Origin: an uncultured bacterium
GTDB taxonomy: Bacteria > Patescibacteriota > Patescibacteriia > CAIQCM01
NCBI GenBank assembly: GCA_963708045.1
Contig: OY970181.1
Location: forward strand, 451,740 to 515,739
DNA length: 64,000 nt
Reading direction: 5' to 3'
The notes under the pieces were generated by a model that saw nothing but the letters and a program-made list of their open reading frames with translations, was not told the origin of the DNA and searched no databases. The first letter of the stretch is position 1. Every line of letters starts with the position of its first letter. The position numbers were made by a program, and so were the translations under genes. Shown here in pieces: positions 10,188 through 20,561 of this stretch.

Positions 10188-10814
10188 ATGTCCGGAAAAA
10201 CGTCGCAAATTTTTGGCGTAATTCTGTTTGTTGCCGTTGGCGTCTCGGCGATCTTTCTGAGTATTAAACAGTCAACGCAAAAAATAAATAGTCCGTTTGC
10301 GGCAGGTGACCGCACTGCGCTTGAACAATTGAATGAAAATGATTCAACTGTTTTAAAAACCAAAGACACTGACGGTGATGGTCTTTCCGATTATGATGAA
10401 ACAAATGTTTATCGCACCTCTCCTTATCTTAAAGACACCGACTCCGACGGTCTTTCCGATGGCGAAGAGTTAAAAAACAACACCGACCCAAATTGTCCGC
10501 AAGGAAAAACTTGTGCCAACCCGACCCCAGTGAATAATCAAATTCCGTCTGACTCCGAAATAAATTTTAACGGGCTTATGAATGAACAGGCTGGTCTGGA
10601 GGCGCCTGTAAATACTTCAGCCGATGCGTTAAATGTAAACACATCCACCGCGCCAACTGCGGCCGAAGTCAGGGCGATGCTTATCAACGCCGGTTTGGAC
10701 GAACAATCGCTCAAGGGGATAAGCGACGTTGATTTGCTTCAGCTTTACAACGACTCGCTTAAAGAAACGACTACGACAAACGCTAACGTAAACGGAAATA
10801 AAAATACTCCGTAA
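10188..10814 (+). CDS. secreted/anchored protein with thrombospondin type-3-like Ca-binding repeats
   Basis: N-terminal TM/signal MSGKTSQIFGVILFVAVGVSAIFL; DTDGDGLSDYDE and DTDSDGLSDGEE repeats; stop 3 nt before the giant gene. Confidence 0.65.
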   Translation: MSGKTSQIFGVILFVAVGVSAIFLSIKQSTQKINSPFAAGDRTALEQLNENDSTVLKTKDTDGDGLSDYDETNVYRTSPYLKDTDSDGLSDGEELKNNTDPNCPQGKTCANPTPVNNQIPSDSEINFNGLMNEQAGLEAPVNTSADALNVNTSTAPTAAEVRAMLINAGLDEQSLKGISDVDLLQLYNDSLKETTTTNANVNGNKNTP

Positions 10815-10816
10815 AA

Positions 10817-13800
10817 ATGAATTATTTTAAAAACAAAAAAAATTTTCTGGCCTTGGCGGCTATATTGTTAGTTGTTCTAAGTTGTGGTTTTGTTTTTCCA
10901 AAACAAGCGGCTGCGATTCCGGTAGAGGTCACCGTGGACGCGCAGGCAACGCAAGAACAAATAATGAACAAAGCGGTAGACGCGACCATGGACAGTTGGA
11001 AACTCGCAACGACGCAGGCGCTTATAACGGCTTTGGATATGGCCACGCAAACAATGGCAAAAAATTATGCCACCTGGCTTGCGACCGGCGGCGCCTCGCG
11101 TAGTCCGCTCGCCTGGCTCAAGTCGCTTGGCAAAATTGCTGGCGATTCGTATGCTAACGCGGCCTCGGATTTTTTAAATACCTTAGCCGTTAAATACACT
11201 GGCTACGGCCTTTGTCAACCAGTTGACCCGCAGATAACTCTTAATATTAAATTAGGAATTTTCCGCGATCTTCAGCCGTCCAAGCCAAAATGTACATGGA
11301 ATCAGCTTTCAAAAAATTACGATACGATGAAGAACACGCTTCAGACCGGAGCTTTTCTTAAGAATTTCTCCGTGGCTTTTCAGCCGGCGCAAAATGATAT
11401 TGATAACGCGCTAACTTTACACTATGCCGCGCGCAATGAAGCGCAAAAAACCAGCAGTCTTACTATTTTAGACGCGACTAAAGCCGGCGGCTTTTCTGAT
11501 TTGACCAGTCTGATTTCTGGCGATATAAAAACGCCGGCGTCAATGATTCAGGAAAATTTGTCCATCGTTGAAAAATCGGCCGATGACACCAACAAGCATA
11601 AATTTGAAGCAACAATCGGCGCTGTTGACGTGATGAAAAGCGCAGCGTCGGGTATTGCCGCGAACGCCGGAAAAATGTTTTTAAATACTCTATCCACTAA
11701 GTTGGTTGATAAATATACCAAAGGGGGAATGTTTTCGCTTGCCGGCGCGATTTGCGCAACTAGGCTTGCGGGTGAACTTGACGTATGCAAAAAAAACGGC
11801 GACTCCGGCGTTCCGGATACGGTCGCGCTTGGCGCTAACGCCGTTGCTTTGGCCGACGCTTACTACACGTCAATTTTTACCGCAACGCCAAGCACTAATT
11901 CGGACTATAGTTTGTTGGCTGATCTAATTGCTTGTCCTGACGGTGTGGCGCGCAACGTTTATAATTGCGCTATGGATCAGCAATTTGCAAACGCGCTTCA
12001 AAAACAAACCACGGGCGGTTATTTGACCGTTGAACGAGCTCTTCTTCAGGGCATTATTCCCAATAATGCCATTATTGGAAAAGGAAATCCTGACGATGGG
12101 ACGCGTGAGTGTTATACCAAAGGATATTGTTATACCAATTTGCGAAAATTGCGCCGCGCGGACATTGTTCCTGTCGGTTGGGAGTTGGCGGCTGAGGCAA
12201 TCGGCACCAGACAAGGCGTAACGCTGAGAGAGGTAATGTCAAGATTTAATGATTGTAATTCATCGGGCAGCATTGATGGGACACATCCATATTGTCACCT
12301 GATTGATCCAGATTGGGTTTTAAAAATACCGCTTGAACGATGTAATGCGCTTGTGAGTGGTCAGACGCTTGAAGCAACCGGCGCCCCTGATCGCGCCCAA
12401 GTCTGTACCGATGTTAGTACTTGTATTTCTGAAGATACAAACGGCAAGTGCACTGGCGGATATGGATACTGCACGCGGGAAAAGGGTGGTTGGTCAGTTA
12501 ATGCCGATTCGTGTCCGTCGCAATATGGAAGTTGTGAAGCTTACGCTAAAACCAACGTTGCTGATGGTGAAGTTGATCAAAACGGCGCTTGGCTTTCAAA
12601 TACTTTAGACGCCAAAGCGTGCACGGCCACGACCGCTGGTTGTCGCGCCTTTGCTATTAATAAAAGTTTTGGGAAATGGGTTGACAACAAGCGTCTTTAT
12701 ATAACTTCATCGGCGCCAGTTTGCGAAGCTTCGGCCGCTGGTTGCGCAGCCCTCCAAGACGCCGCAACAACTTCAACACGTAATTTAATTTCCAACCCGA
12801 GTTTTGAAAACGCGCGCGCCGACGGACTTGCCGTTAGTTGGCTTGGTTTGGGCGGCGCTTATGTTGCGAGTGACGTTGTTAATGCTTTTGACGGCAAGGC
12901 GTCTTATCATGTTCAAGGCGATGGGCTTAAGCTCGGCGGTTATAATTACGGCCAACCTACCGACGCCGATCATTATGGCGAAGTTGTTGTCCAGCCAAAG
13001 TCGGTTTACACGTTTTCTTTTTACGCCAAAGGCAGTGGTACGGGCACGCTCACAATGAAGGCTTTTGATTCGCCTTTTTACGGAGCTGATCATGCTTGCG
13101 ACAATGGCACAAATACCACCAAACCGTCTTGTCTTCAAAATATGACGGCGGATGTTGGGATTCTTCCAGCTTGTGCAACAACCGGTTCGGGAGCTGTAAG
13201 CTGTACGATTATTGATAATTTTGATTTTGGAACTGCGGTTCCAAAATCCGCTTTTGGTTTTAACTTCCCGCTATCTTCCGGCTATGAGCGTTACACGATG
13301 ACTTTTGCCACCTCAAGTAATACTCACTATCTAGATTTCCTCTTCAATGGCGGTGATTTTTATCTGGACGCCATTCAACTGGAACTTGCGCCGTCGGCAA
13401 CAACTTTTCACGTTGGTGGATCGGATTTAAATGGTACGACGTCTAATATAAAAATTCCGCCGGCCTACTTAAAATGTTCTGGCGATGAAAAAACTGATCC
13501 TGCTGATTGTAAAAAATACGCCGCCGCCTGTCGCGCCACCGAAGCTGGTTGCGATGGTTTTACACCAGTTCTTGGTGGAACCACAATCCCAGGCGTTGTG
13601 AATGCTACCGATATTTGTCCGGCGGTTTGTGTTGGTTACAGTACGTTTAAACAGGAGGCGACGCAGTGGGAAGTGACAGCTACCGATACGGTGCGTTTTC
13701 CAAAATATTTTATTCCGTCAACTGGAAAATCTTGTTCGCTTCCTGACGTTGGTTGCGATGAGTTTACTAATTTAGAAAAAGTCGCCGCGGGTGGCGAATC

Positions 13801-16800
13801 AAAAAATTATTTTACTTTCCTTCGCGCCTGTCGCAAGTCTGATCAGGCGAACGAATCCACCTTCTTTATTTGGGAAGGCTCTGACACCTCTGGTTATCAA
13901 CTTAAGTCGTTTGTTCTGCGTACTGGCCCCGCGACCGACACGCGAATGAGTATTGTAAGCGCGGCGGGAGATACGTCGCCCGCAAACGGACCGACTTATA
14001 TTCGCACGACTGACGCGTCCAAATGTTCGTCGGCGATTGTTAATCTAGCGGCGACTGATCCCAATTACAATCCTGATTGTCGTGAATTTATTAACGCCAA
14101 TGGCGATCGTTATTATCGTCTGCTTTCGCGAACGATTAGCTCCACCGATGAGTGCAATAATTTCCGCAAAACAATTTCTGCTGAGGCTGATTGTGTTGGC
14201 ACGGGCGGTATTTGGGATGCAAACAGTTGTACATACGAAGGTTTGTCAGCGGAAAGCATAACCTGCCAAGCGCAAGTCAACGGTTGTCGTCTTTACACCG
14301 GTAATAACGGCGCCAACACCGAAACGATTTTGTTTGATGATTTTGAAAGCGGTTCAAACGGCTGGGTCGGTGGACAAATTTCTGGCGAAGCAACGGTTGT
14401 TGGCGGGCATTCGCTTGCATCGTCAAACGTACCGCCCAACGGAACCGTTGACGCGATAGCCTATAAACCCCTTGTTGGTGTTGACGGAACAAGTATCCTT
14501 AAAAAGGGGAAATCTTACACGGTGACCGTTTGGGCAAAGGGAAAGGGCAGTTTTGGTGCAGGGATTCTTCCTAATTCTAGGAATTTTGGCGGTGGGAAAA
14601 TTTATATTTTAAATGGTGATTATTCAAATACTTTGGCTTTGACGTCCAATTGGCAAAGATATGTTTTGGGACCGGTCTTTATTGATTCGGATTTGTCTAG
14701 CGAGGCAGTTCTTAATTTTTTCTTTGCTGGGAAAAATATTAACGATATTGATTATCTTGACAATATAGAAATTACGGCAACAAATGGCCAGTTTGCGATT
14801 GTTAAGGATTCGTGGAAAACGCCGGACGTTTGCGATAAGACCGTGGACGGCGCGCCTTTGCCGCAAGCTCAGCTTGGTTGCGCCGCTTACAATAATACCG
14901 CCGGCACGATTACCAATCTTAAATCGTTTACCAGCCTTTGCCGGAACAGTGCCATTGGCTGCAAGGCATTTATTGATCGCGCGGGCACAGTCTCGCCGTT
15001 TACTGGTTCGTATAATGTTCGTTGCGAAACCGCGAGCTCGGCCGATGTTCTTGTTTCCACACCATGCGTGATTGGTACAGAAACGCTTTGCACAATTTCG
15101 GCCAATAGCTCTTTCTGTCGCTTTAACAAAGATGGAATTTTGCCCGCGAGCACGCCGGCCTTTAAGATTGTAAGCAATGTTGGCAACGCCGCCGCTCCTG
15201 ATATTTTTGCTGTCCCCGCCGACACAATACGTTACTTTGTTGCCAAAGAAGAAAATAATTGCGAACGCGCGGCCGTCGGTTGCACTGAGCTTGGCAAAAT
15301 TGAATACGGAAAAACTTCCACCTGTACGCTCGCGGGGGGAGTAGTCTGTAATGTAAAAAGTGGCTGTGCTTGCACCGGTGTTTCTGATAGTATCTTGCAA
15401 ACAAAAACCAATCCGGCAGTCGCCTGTTTTGTGGCTAAAGGTGATACCTCCTGTACTTATTCTGTTGATCCAAACAAGCCTTCATTTCCTGCAAGTTCGG
15501 TTTACCGAATTGTAAAACCCGATAATTTTGCCAAAGGCGATTTGTGTAACGCCGACGCGGTTGGTTGCGATGCATGGACGTCTGGCGCTGGCACGACTCA
15601 ATACTTTAAAAATCCGGGCGATGTTCTTTGTGAATATAAAAGCAACGTCATTGTGGCTGGAACAGAATCAAGCGGTTGGTTTAAGAAAAATTCAAACGAA
15701 CCGTGCGATCCAAAATTTGTCGTTACCGGTTCAACCTTTGGGATTCACAAAAATCTTGATGAGTACTATGCCAATTTTGCTGGCGTTTGTATAACGTCGG
15801 CGGCCGGTTGTACCGAATATCGCGACACCTTTGACCAATCGGTGCTTGGTGGTAAGTCATACTTCTTTATTAAAAACAACAAGATTACCGACGCGTCGGC
15901 AAACTGTGCCAAAGGTGCTTCCAATAAAAAAGGCTGCGTTCTCTTTAATGATCAGTCAAACCCGAGCGCGATTTGGAATGCCGCCGCGACTTATGACGCG
16001 AGCGCCAAAAATAATTTTGATTTTACGCCGCCAGTTTCTACCGCTGGAACAGCGACACCAAATGACGCCAATATTGTGCTTGAAGCCCAACTTGACCGTA
16101 CTTGTTCCGAATGGTTGGAGTGTAACAGTTGGGAAACGGTTAAAAATTCGGCAAACGGGCAAACGGTTTCGCAATGCTTGTCGCTGGGCTCGTGTATAGA
16201 AAAAGACGCGAACGGAAACTGCGCCAAGTGGCAAGACAACGGTGTTGGCACATTGCTGGCCGAAACTTATGCTAGCCGGCCGGTGGTTTTTGGTTCGCCG
16301 GACTTTACAGGTTATTCCGCCCCGGGTCTTGGATCACTCGGTACGGCGCGGCAGATTATTGCGAGTGTTGGCGCGGATTATGCTGGCAACGCGCTTTCGG
16401 TTTCCGGAAAGAATTTTGCCCAATCCTGCAAGTCATATCCCGAAGCCAGTGCGCCGTTTTCCCAAGGCTTGGCGCCAAAAGGCGGAAATGTTTGCGACTT
16501 GCCAAATGGTAATCCGACCGGAAAAACTTGCGACTGTTCGTATCGCAAAGTTTCTTACAGTGGTGGTCTTAATAAATATTTCCCACCTACAGCCGAAACC
16601 AGTGATTATCCAATTAGGGGACAGGTTTTGCTTCAGCCGGCGGAAATTCCTTCGGCGGTTTGTGTTGGTGGTGCTGTGGAAAAAGAGGGTAAAAAGTGTA
16701 ACCCGCTTGCCGCGGATCAAGAAAACGAGTGTCCCGACGGAACTTGCACTAAGATTTCAAAAATTGAGTCGGTGATTGGCGGAAAAGGATATTGCTTGGA

Positions 16801-19393
16801 GTATGACTCGTCTATTGGCAGTGGGACAATGGTGAATGGGGTAGACCCGGGCGCTTGCCTCACTTGGTTCCCAATTGATCAGCCAAACGGCAAGGATATT
16901 CTTAATCAATTTGCTTCAGCCGCTTTTGTCCCAAATCCGGGTCAGGAACGCTATTGCGCCGCCCCGCTTAAAGCCTGTGGTGCCGACCTTTGCGACAATG
17001 GCAGTGAACAATATAACTTCTGCAAAAAAATTAAAAAAACTCAATACAGCGTTCCGCCTCCGATAGGTGGATATAAAGATGGTGGCAGTTGCGCGAACAG
17101 TGTTAATTATCCAAGCGATTGCGGTGCTGAAACACCCTCGCCGTGGTGCGACAATACTGCACGGAAGAACACAAAAATAACTGATGCCGGAAGTAAGAGT
17201 ATGTGCAGTTATATGATTAGCCAGGCTTGTTCCGTGGCTGGCGCTCAAACGGTTTGTCAAAATAATATTAAAAAAGCATATCCAGATCAGTGTGGTACCG
17301 ATGCGAATTTTGATGATGTTTATGGTGGGGATAATTTTCATCAAGACTGTTTTGATATGCGCGAGTCTTGCGTTAATAGTCCGTTTTTAAGATCGACCAA
17401 CTGTCAATCGCTGATTGCCCCTGGTGCTGATTGTGACGATCTTAAACGCAAAGATACGCCAGAACAGGTTATAACCAATGAGCTAATTCAAGCGCGCATT
17501 ATTACCTGCGCCGTGCTGATTGGCGCTAGCGTTTGTTTGCCAGTAACGCCAGCACAATGCGAAAGCTTGGGCAAAATATATTGCACCAATGACAGCGAAT
17601 GCAAGGCCTCGGTGCCAAGCGCCAGCTGTCAGGCGGTTAAGGAAATTGCCGTTAATAATACTGAATATACGGCCAATGAATTTGGCAAAGGAACAGTAAA
17701 TAGTCCCGACCATAATGCTTATGACTATCCGCCAAACGCCCACTCGCTTGGTTGGTCAACAGAAATGAATAGCAACGGAAATAATAAAGCCTACACGGTT
17801 GATGGTGTTTTGCAGTTTGCCGTTAGCACGGCACCCGAAAGTGTTTCCGGTCCGTGGTCAGACTATAAGAGTAATGATGATAGCGGTAGCAAAAGACAGC
17901 CAGTTGATTTTGAAACCGGACATATCATTAGCGGTTATCCGGCCGATTTTACGGGAATGTATTATATAACCGAAAAAGAAATGGGCACGGTTAATTATGA
18001 TTTGGTTTATCCAGCGCTTCTTCTCCAAAGCCAGCTTTCGCACATTACAATTGCTGTTGCCTCTAAGCAGAACGAACTTTCTAATATTTGTTCTTCGGAT
18101 TTTTCTTGGACAAAGTTTGGTTTGGCTGTCGGTGCGGGTAATGGTTTAGGGGTCTTTATTTCGCCGGTTACGATTGTTGTTGGTTTGTTTGCTGGTTGGT
18201 TTTGGGACAGCGAATGTTCACACCTAAACCTTGGCTATACTTTTTATAGCAATAACGATGATGAGAATTTTACCAAAAATTTTGCCGTGCTAAGCACTTC
18301 AAACGGCTGGTCGGCAACGCTCGCTGGTAAAGAAGGTAACGCAACCTTTAAAGCCTTGTTTAGTAATACCACACCGGTTCGTCTTACCGGAATGCGTGTG
18401 GAATTTCTTGATAATGTCACTAAGGGCTACTTTTACATTAACGGCGCTAATTATCACCTAGAAGACCGGCGTGATGGTAAAGACCAAAACAAGGTTGACT
18501 CGCCAGCCTGCGGCCTAGCTGGCTATATTGGTTCTTCAAACCCACAAGCGGAAAAAAATATTCCAACCGCTTTTACCAATCGTCTTAATTCAATTAAAAA
18601 TTACGACGCTTCGGTTACGGCTTTTGCCGACATAAACGATGCTAGTGGCAAGCCGCCAACAATTACTTATAACAACAAAAATTGTCCCTGGGGTGTCTTT
18701 ACCTACCCCGATCCGGCCTCTATTATTTTGGATAGCACGATAAACAGCGGCACGCGCACCCAGTGTCAGTTTGGCAAGGGCGCGATCTTTAGTTCGTGGG
18801 GCGCGCTTAAGCGTTTGTATCAAAATATTTGGGATTGGCGTTTGTTTAACGAAGACCCGGTTGGTTCCGACCCAACTGGCGTTAAGCCCGGCGGCTTTGC
18901 CTTTACTCAGCCTTATAATTCCAACGGTTTGCCGATTGATAATTCTGGCACCTCGCCAGCTGACAGTGGGATTAATGGTTCAATGCCAAGTGTAAGCAAT
19001 ATAAAAATTAACGGCTCGGGTGATCCGGTTAATGCGGTTGCGCCGTTTAAGGCTGACCTAAAGTTTTATGCTGGCGCCGACGCCAACCATATGCCGCTTC
19101 GTTCCATTAGAATTGACTGGAACGACGGGACGGTTTATGATTCCGGCATTTATAATTCGTTTAAAAACCATTTGTCTAATTGCGCTGCAAACGACGCGGC
19201 GGCGTCAAGTTTTGCGCTTGCGCCATCGGCTTGCGACACAACGCCATTTTCCTTTTCACATGTTTACACTTGTGCAAGCGACAGTTGTGTTTTTACCCCA
19301 ATCATTACCGTCGGCGACAATTGGCGCATAGGGAACGCTCTTTACACCGCCGTGGCCATTGCCCCGACGATTACCCTTAAAAAAGCCGAGTAG
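10817..19393 (+). CDS. giant secreted cysteine-rich repeat protein (2858 aa) with an N-terminal signal peptide and a hydrophobic segment near the C-terminus
   Basis: Single uninterrupted ORF; signal MNYFKNKKNFLALAAILLVVLSCGFVFPKQAAA; at least 9 copies of a [AVI]GC-x-[AE]-[FWYL] module (AGCRAF, AGCDGF, VGCDEF, NGCRLY, IGCKAF, VGCTEL, VGCDAW, AGCTEY, AGCAAL); TM-like FGLAVGAGNGLGVFISPVTIVVGLFAGWFW. Confidence 0.85.
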   Translation: MNYFKNKKNFLALAAILLVVLSCGFVFPKQAAAIPVEVTVDAQATQEQIMNKAVDATMDSWKLATTQALITALDMATQTMAKNYATWLATGGASRSPLAWLKSLGKIAGDSYANAASDFLNTLAVKYTGYGLCQPVDPQITLNIKLGIFRDLQPSKPKCTWNQLSKNYDTMKNTLQTGAFLKNFSVAFQPAQNDIDNALTLHYAARNEAQKTSSLTILDATKAGGFSDLTSLISGDIKTPASMIQENLSIVEKSADDTNKHKFEATIGAVDVMKSAASGIAANAGKMFLNTLSTKLVDKYTKGGMFSLAGAICATRLAGELDVCKKNGDSGVPDTVALGANAVALADAYYTSIFTATPSTNSDYSLLADLIACPDGVARNVYNCAMDQQFANALQKQTTGGYLTVERALLQGIIPNNAIIGKGNPDDGTRECYTKGYCYTNLRKLRRADIVPVGWELAAEAIGTRQGVTLREVMSRFNDCNSSGSIDGTHPYCHLIDPDWVLKIPLERCNALVSGQTLEATGAPDRAQVCTDVSTCISEDTNGKCTGGYGYCTREKGGWSVNADSCPSQYGSCEAYAKTNVADGEVDQNGAWLSNTLDAKACTATTAGCRAFAINKSFGKWVDNKRLYITSSAPVCEASAAGCAALQDAATTSTRNLISNPSFENARADGLAVSWLGLGGAYVASDVVNAFDGKASYHVQGDGLKLGGYNYGQPTDADHYGEVVVQPKSVYTFSFYAKGSGTGTLTMKAFDSPFYGADHACDNGTNTTKPSCLQNMTADVGILPACATTGSGAVSCTIIDNFDFGTAVPKSAFGFNFPLSSGYERYTMTFATSSNTHYLDFLFNGGDFYLDAIQLELAPSATTFHVGGSDLNGTTSNIKIPPAYLKCSGDEKTDPADCKKYAAACRATEAGCDGFTPVLGGTTIPGVVNATDICPAVCVGYSTFKQEATQWEVTATDTVRFPKYFIPSTGKSCSLPDVGCDEFTNLEKVAAGGESKNYFTFLRACRKSDQANESTFFIWEGSDTSGYQLKSFVLRTGPATDTRMSIVSAAGDTSPANGPTYIRTTDASKCSSAIVNLAATDPNYNPDCREFINANGDRYYRLLSRTISSTDECNNFRKTISAEADCVGTGGIWDANSCTYEGLSAESITCQAQVNGCRLYTGNNGANTETILFDDFESGSNGWVGGQISGEATVVGGHSLASSNVPPNGTVDAIAYKPLVGVDGTSILKKGKSYTVTVWAKGKGSFGAGILPNSRNFGGGKIYILNGDYSNTLALTSNWQRYVLGPVFIDSDLSSEAVLNFFFAGKNINDIDYLDNIEITATNGQFAIVKDSWKTPDVCDKTVDGAPLPQAQLGCAAYNNTAGTITNLKSFTSLCRNSAIGCKAFIDRAGTVSPFTGSYNVRCETASSADVLVSTPCVIGTETLCTISANSSFCRFNKDGILPASTPAFKIVSNVGNAAAPDIFAVPADTIRYFVAKEENNCERAAVGCTELGKIEYGKTSTCTLAGGVVCNVKSGCACTGVSDSILQTKTNPAVACFVAKGDTSCTYSVDPNKPSFPASSVYRIVKPDNFAKGDLCNADAVGCDAWTSGAGTTQYFKNPGDVLCEYKSNVIVAGTESSGWFKKNSNEPCDPKFVVTGSTFGIHKNLDEYYANFAGVCITSAAGCTEYRDTFDQSVLGGKSYFFIKNNKITDASANCAKGASNKKGCVLFNDQSNPSAIWNAAATYDASAKNNFDFTPPVSTAGTATPNDANIVLEAQLDRTCSEWLECNSWETVKNSANGQTVSQCLSLGSCIEKDANGNCAKWQDNGVGTLLAETYASRPVVFGSPDFTGYSAPGLGSLGTARQIIASVGADYAGNALSVSGKNFAQSCKSYPEASAPFSQGLAPKGGNVCDLPNGNPTGKTCDCSYRKVSYSGGLNKYFPPTAETSDYPIRGQVLLQPAEIPSAVCVGGAVEKEGKKCNPLAADQENECPDGTCTKISKIESVIGGKGYCLEYDSSIGSGTMVNGVDPGACLTWFPIDQPNGKDILNQFASAAFVPNPGQERYCAAPLKACGADLCDNGSEQYNFCKKIKKTQYSVPPPIGGYKDGGSCANSVNYPSDCGAETPSPWCDNTARKNTKITDAGSKSMCSYMISQACSVAGAQTVCQNNIKKAYPDQCGTDANFDDVYGGDNFHQDCFDMRESCVNSPFLRSTNCQSLIAPGADCDDLKRKDTPEQVITNELIQARIITCAVLIGASVCLPVTPAQCESLGKIYCTNDSECKASVPSASCQAVKEIAVNNTEYTANEFGKGTVNSPDHNAYDYPPNAHSLGWSTEMNSNGNNKAYTVDGVLQFAVSTAPESVSGPWSDYKSNDDSGSKRQPVDFETGHIISGYPADFTGMYYITEKEMGTVNYDLVYPALLLQSQLSHITIAVASKQNELSNICSSDFSWTKFGLAVGAGNGLGVFISPVTIVVGLFAGWFWDSECSHLNLGYTFYSNNDDENFTKNFAVLSTSNGWSATLAGKEGNATFKALFSNTTPVRLTGMRVEFLDNVTKGYFYINGANYHLEDRRDGKDQNKVDSPACGLAGYIGSSNPQAEKNIPTAFTNRLNSIKNYDASVTAFADINDASGKPPTITYNNKNCPWGVFTYPDPASIILDSTINSGTRTQCQFGKGAIFSSWGALKRLYQNIWDWRLFNEDPVGSDPTGVKPGGFAFTQPYNSNGLPIDNSGTSPADSGINGSMPSVSNIKINGSGDPVNAVAPFKADLKFYAGADANHMPLRSIRIDWNDGTVYDSGIYNSFKNHLSNCAANDAAASSFALAPSACDTTPFSFSHVYTCASDSCVFTPIITVGDNWRIGNALYTAVAIAPTITLKKAE

Positions 19394-19396
19394 TCT

Positions 19397-19440
19397 GTTA
19401 TTGCGAGGAGTGAGCCGAAGTGAACGACGTGGCAATCTCC
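19397..19440 (+). repeat. REP-like repeat family C, copy 1
   Basis: ttgcgaggagtgagccgaagtgaacgacgtggcaatctcc; near-identical cores at 39153-39196 and 42125-42168. Confidence 0.65.
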
Positions 19441-19621
19441 ACTTTTTTCACACCCTCGCCCGAGTGCGGGAGAGGGTGGCCGAAGGCCGGGTGAGGGTGT
19501 ACGGCAATCTCAATAAATTTAAAAAACCCCCACACAGTGTTTAATGCTCATCGGATGAGCGCACTGTATGAGGGCTTCTTCGTATCGCTTCAATCATCTT
19601 ATTCCCTTCTTGTTGTTCGGT

Positions 19622-20197
19622 TCAGTTAGAACCGCTTCTTGGTGTCATTGTGAAGATGCCAAGGTGTTCGCCTGTCTTGATGTGGTAGAACTTGCCTTTG
19701 ACCACGAGGTTGATACAACCCGTTGTAAAGTTGTACCAACAGGTCTTGGTAAAATCAACCACTTTGCCTTCAAATCGGCCGTTTCCAATGGTAAACGTCC
19801 ACGAACCGTCTTTGGTGATGTTGCCGGCAAAGTTCGCCGGATCTGATGGCCGACCATTAACTATATCAGCCGTGAATGATCCACCTGTCTGGCTGGTTAC
19901 GTTAAATTCGTAACCGTAGAAGTTGTCGCCAACTTCTTTCTCCATGGCAATTTCCCAAGTGTTCATGGTCAGCGTCAGGTAGCCATCGGTTGTGGTGCTG
20001 GTGGCGGTGCTGGTGTCGGTCGTGATACTGGTGTCAGTGTCGGTTGTGGTGACGCAGTTAGGGCTTGCGCCGCCGGTTCCCTCAACGCAGATCGTTGGGG
20101 GATCGGATCCGTCACCGCCGCATCCGAAAAGGGTTGTGCCGCCAAAGAAGGCAGCGATAAGGATTGCGAATACAACAAACAGATTCTTCTTGAACAT
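19622..20197 (-). CDS. hypothetical secreted lipoprotein with a Thr-rich linker
   Basis: Signal + lipobox ...TTLFGCGG; TTTDTDTSITTDTSTATSTTTDG low-complexity linker. Confidence 0.6.
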   Translation of the reverse strand: MFKKNLFVVFAILIAAFFGGTTLFGCGGDGSDPPTICVEGTGGASPNCVTTTDTDTSITTDTSTATSTTTDGYLTLTMNTWEIAMEKEVGDNFYGYEFNVTSQTGGSFTADIVNGRPSDPANFAGNITKDGSWTFTIGNGRFEGKVVDFTKTCWYNFTTGCINLVVKGKFYHIKTGEHLGIFTMTPRSGSN

Positions 20198-20561
20198 GAT
20201 GTACCTCCGTCTTGGGTTGCAAATCTACCGCCGCTTTTTGGAGCGACGAATTGAAACGATGAATTGTAAAGAGCGCTGAAACGTGTAAATGGCCGTATTA
20301 GCCAGAGTACAATTTCCCGCGTTTAGTGTACTTAAACCATACTCCTATTTCCGGTTTTTGTCAAGCCTTTTCCCCTCCTTTTTGGCTATTTCTAGTTATT
20401 TTTTTAACATTTTTTCGTCGCCTTTTAAGTTTTTTAGTTTTGTTAGTTTTAATTTAACAATAGTTATATTGCGGAGTTAATTTATAAATCTTTCTTTGCT
20501 AAAACAGCCTGATGATGATACCTTTTTAAGGTATTTACTTTTGGTTCCGTGATTAATTTAC

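Noticed and set aside
14624-15400. 258-aa minus-strand ORF inside the giant gene, plus many other 60-140-aa ORFs in the 10.8-19.4 kb region
   Set aside because: Embedded in an uninterrupted 8.6 kb coding frame with a signal peptide and repeat structure; the antisense ORFs are Arg/Gly/Ala-rich noise.
19359-19544. 61-aa ORF MPRRLPLKKPSSLLLRGVSRSERRGNL...
   Set aside because: It is the translation of REP-like repeat family C and adjacent palindromes, and similar peptides arise at each repeat copy; not a gene.
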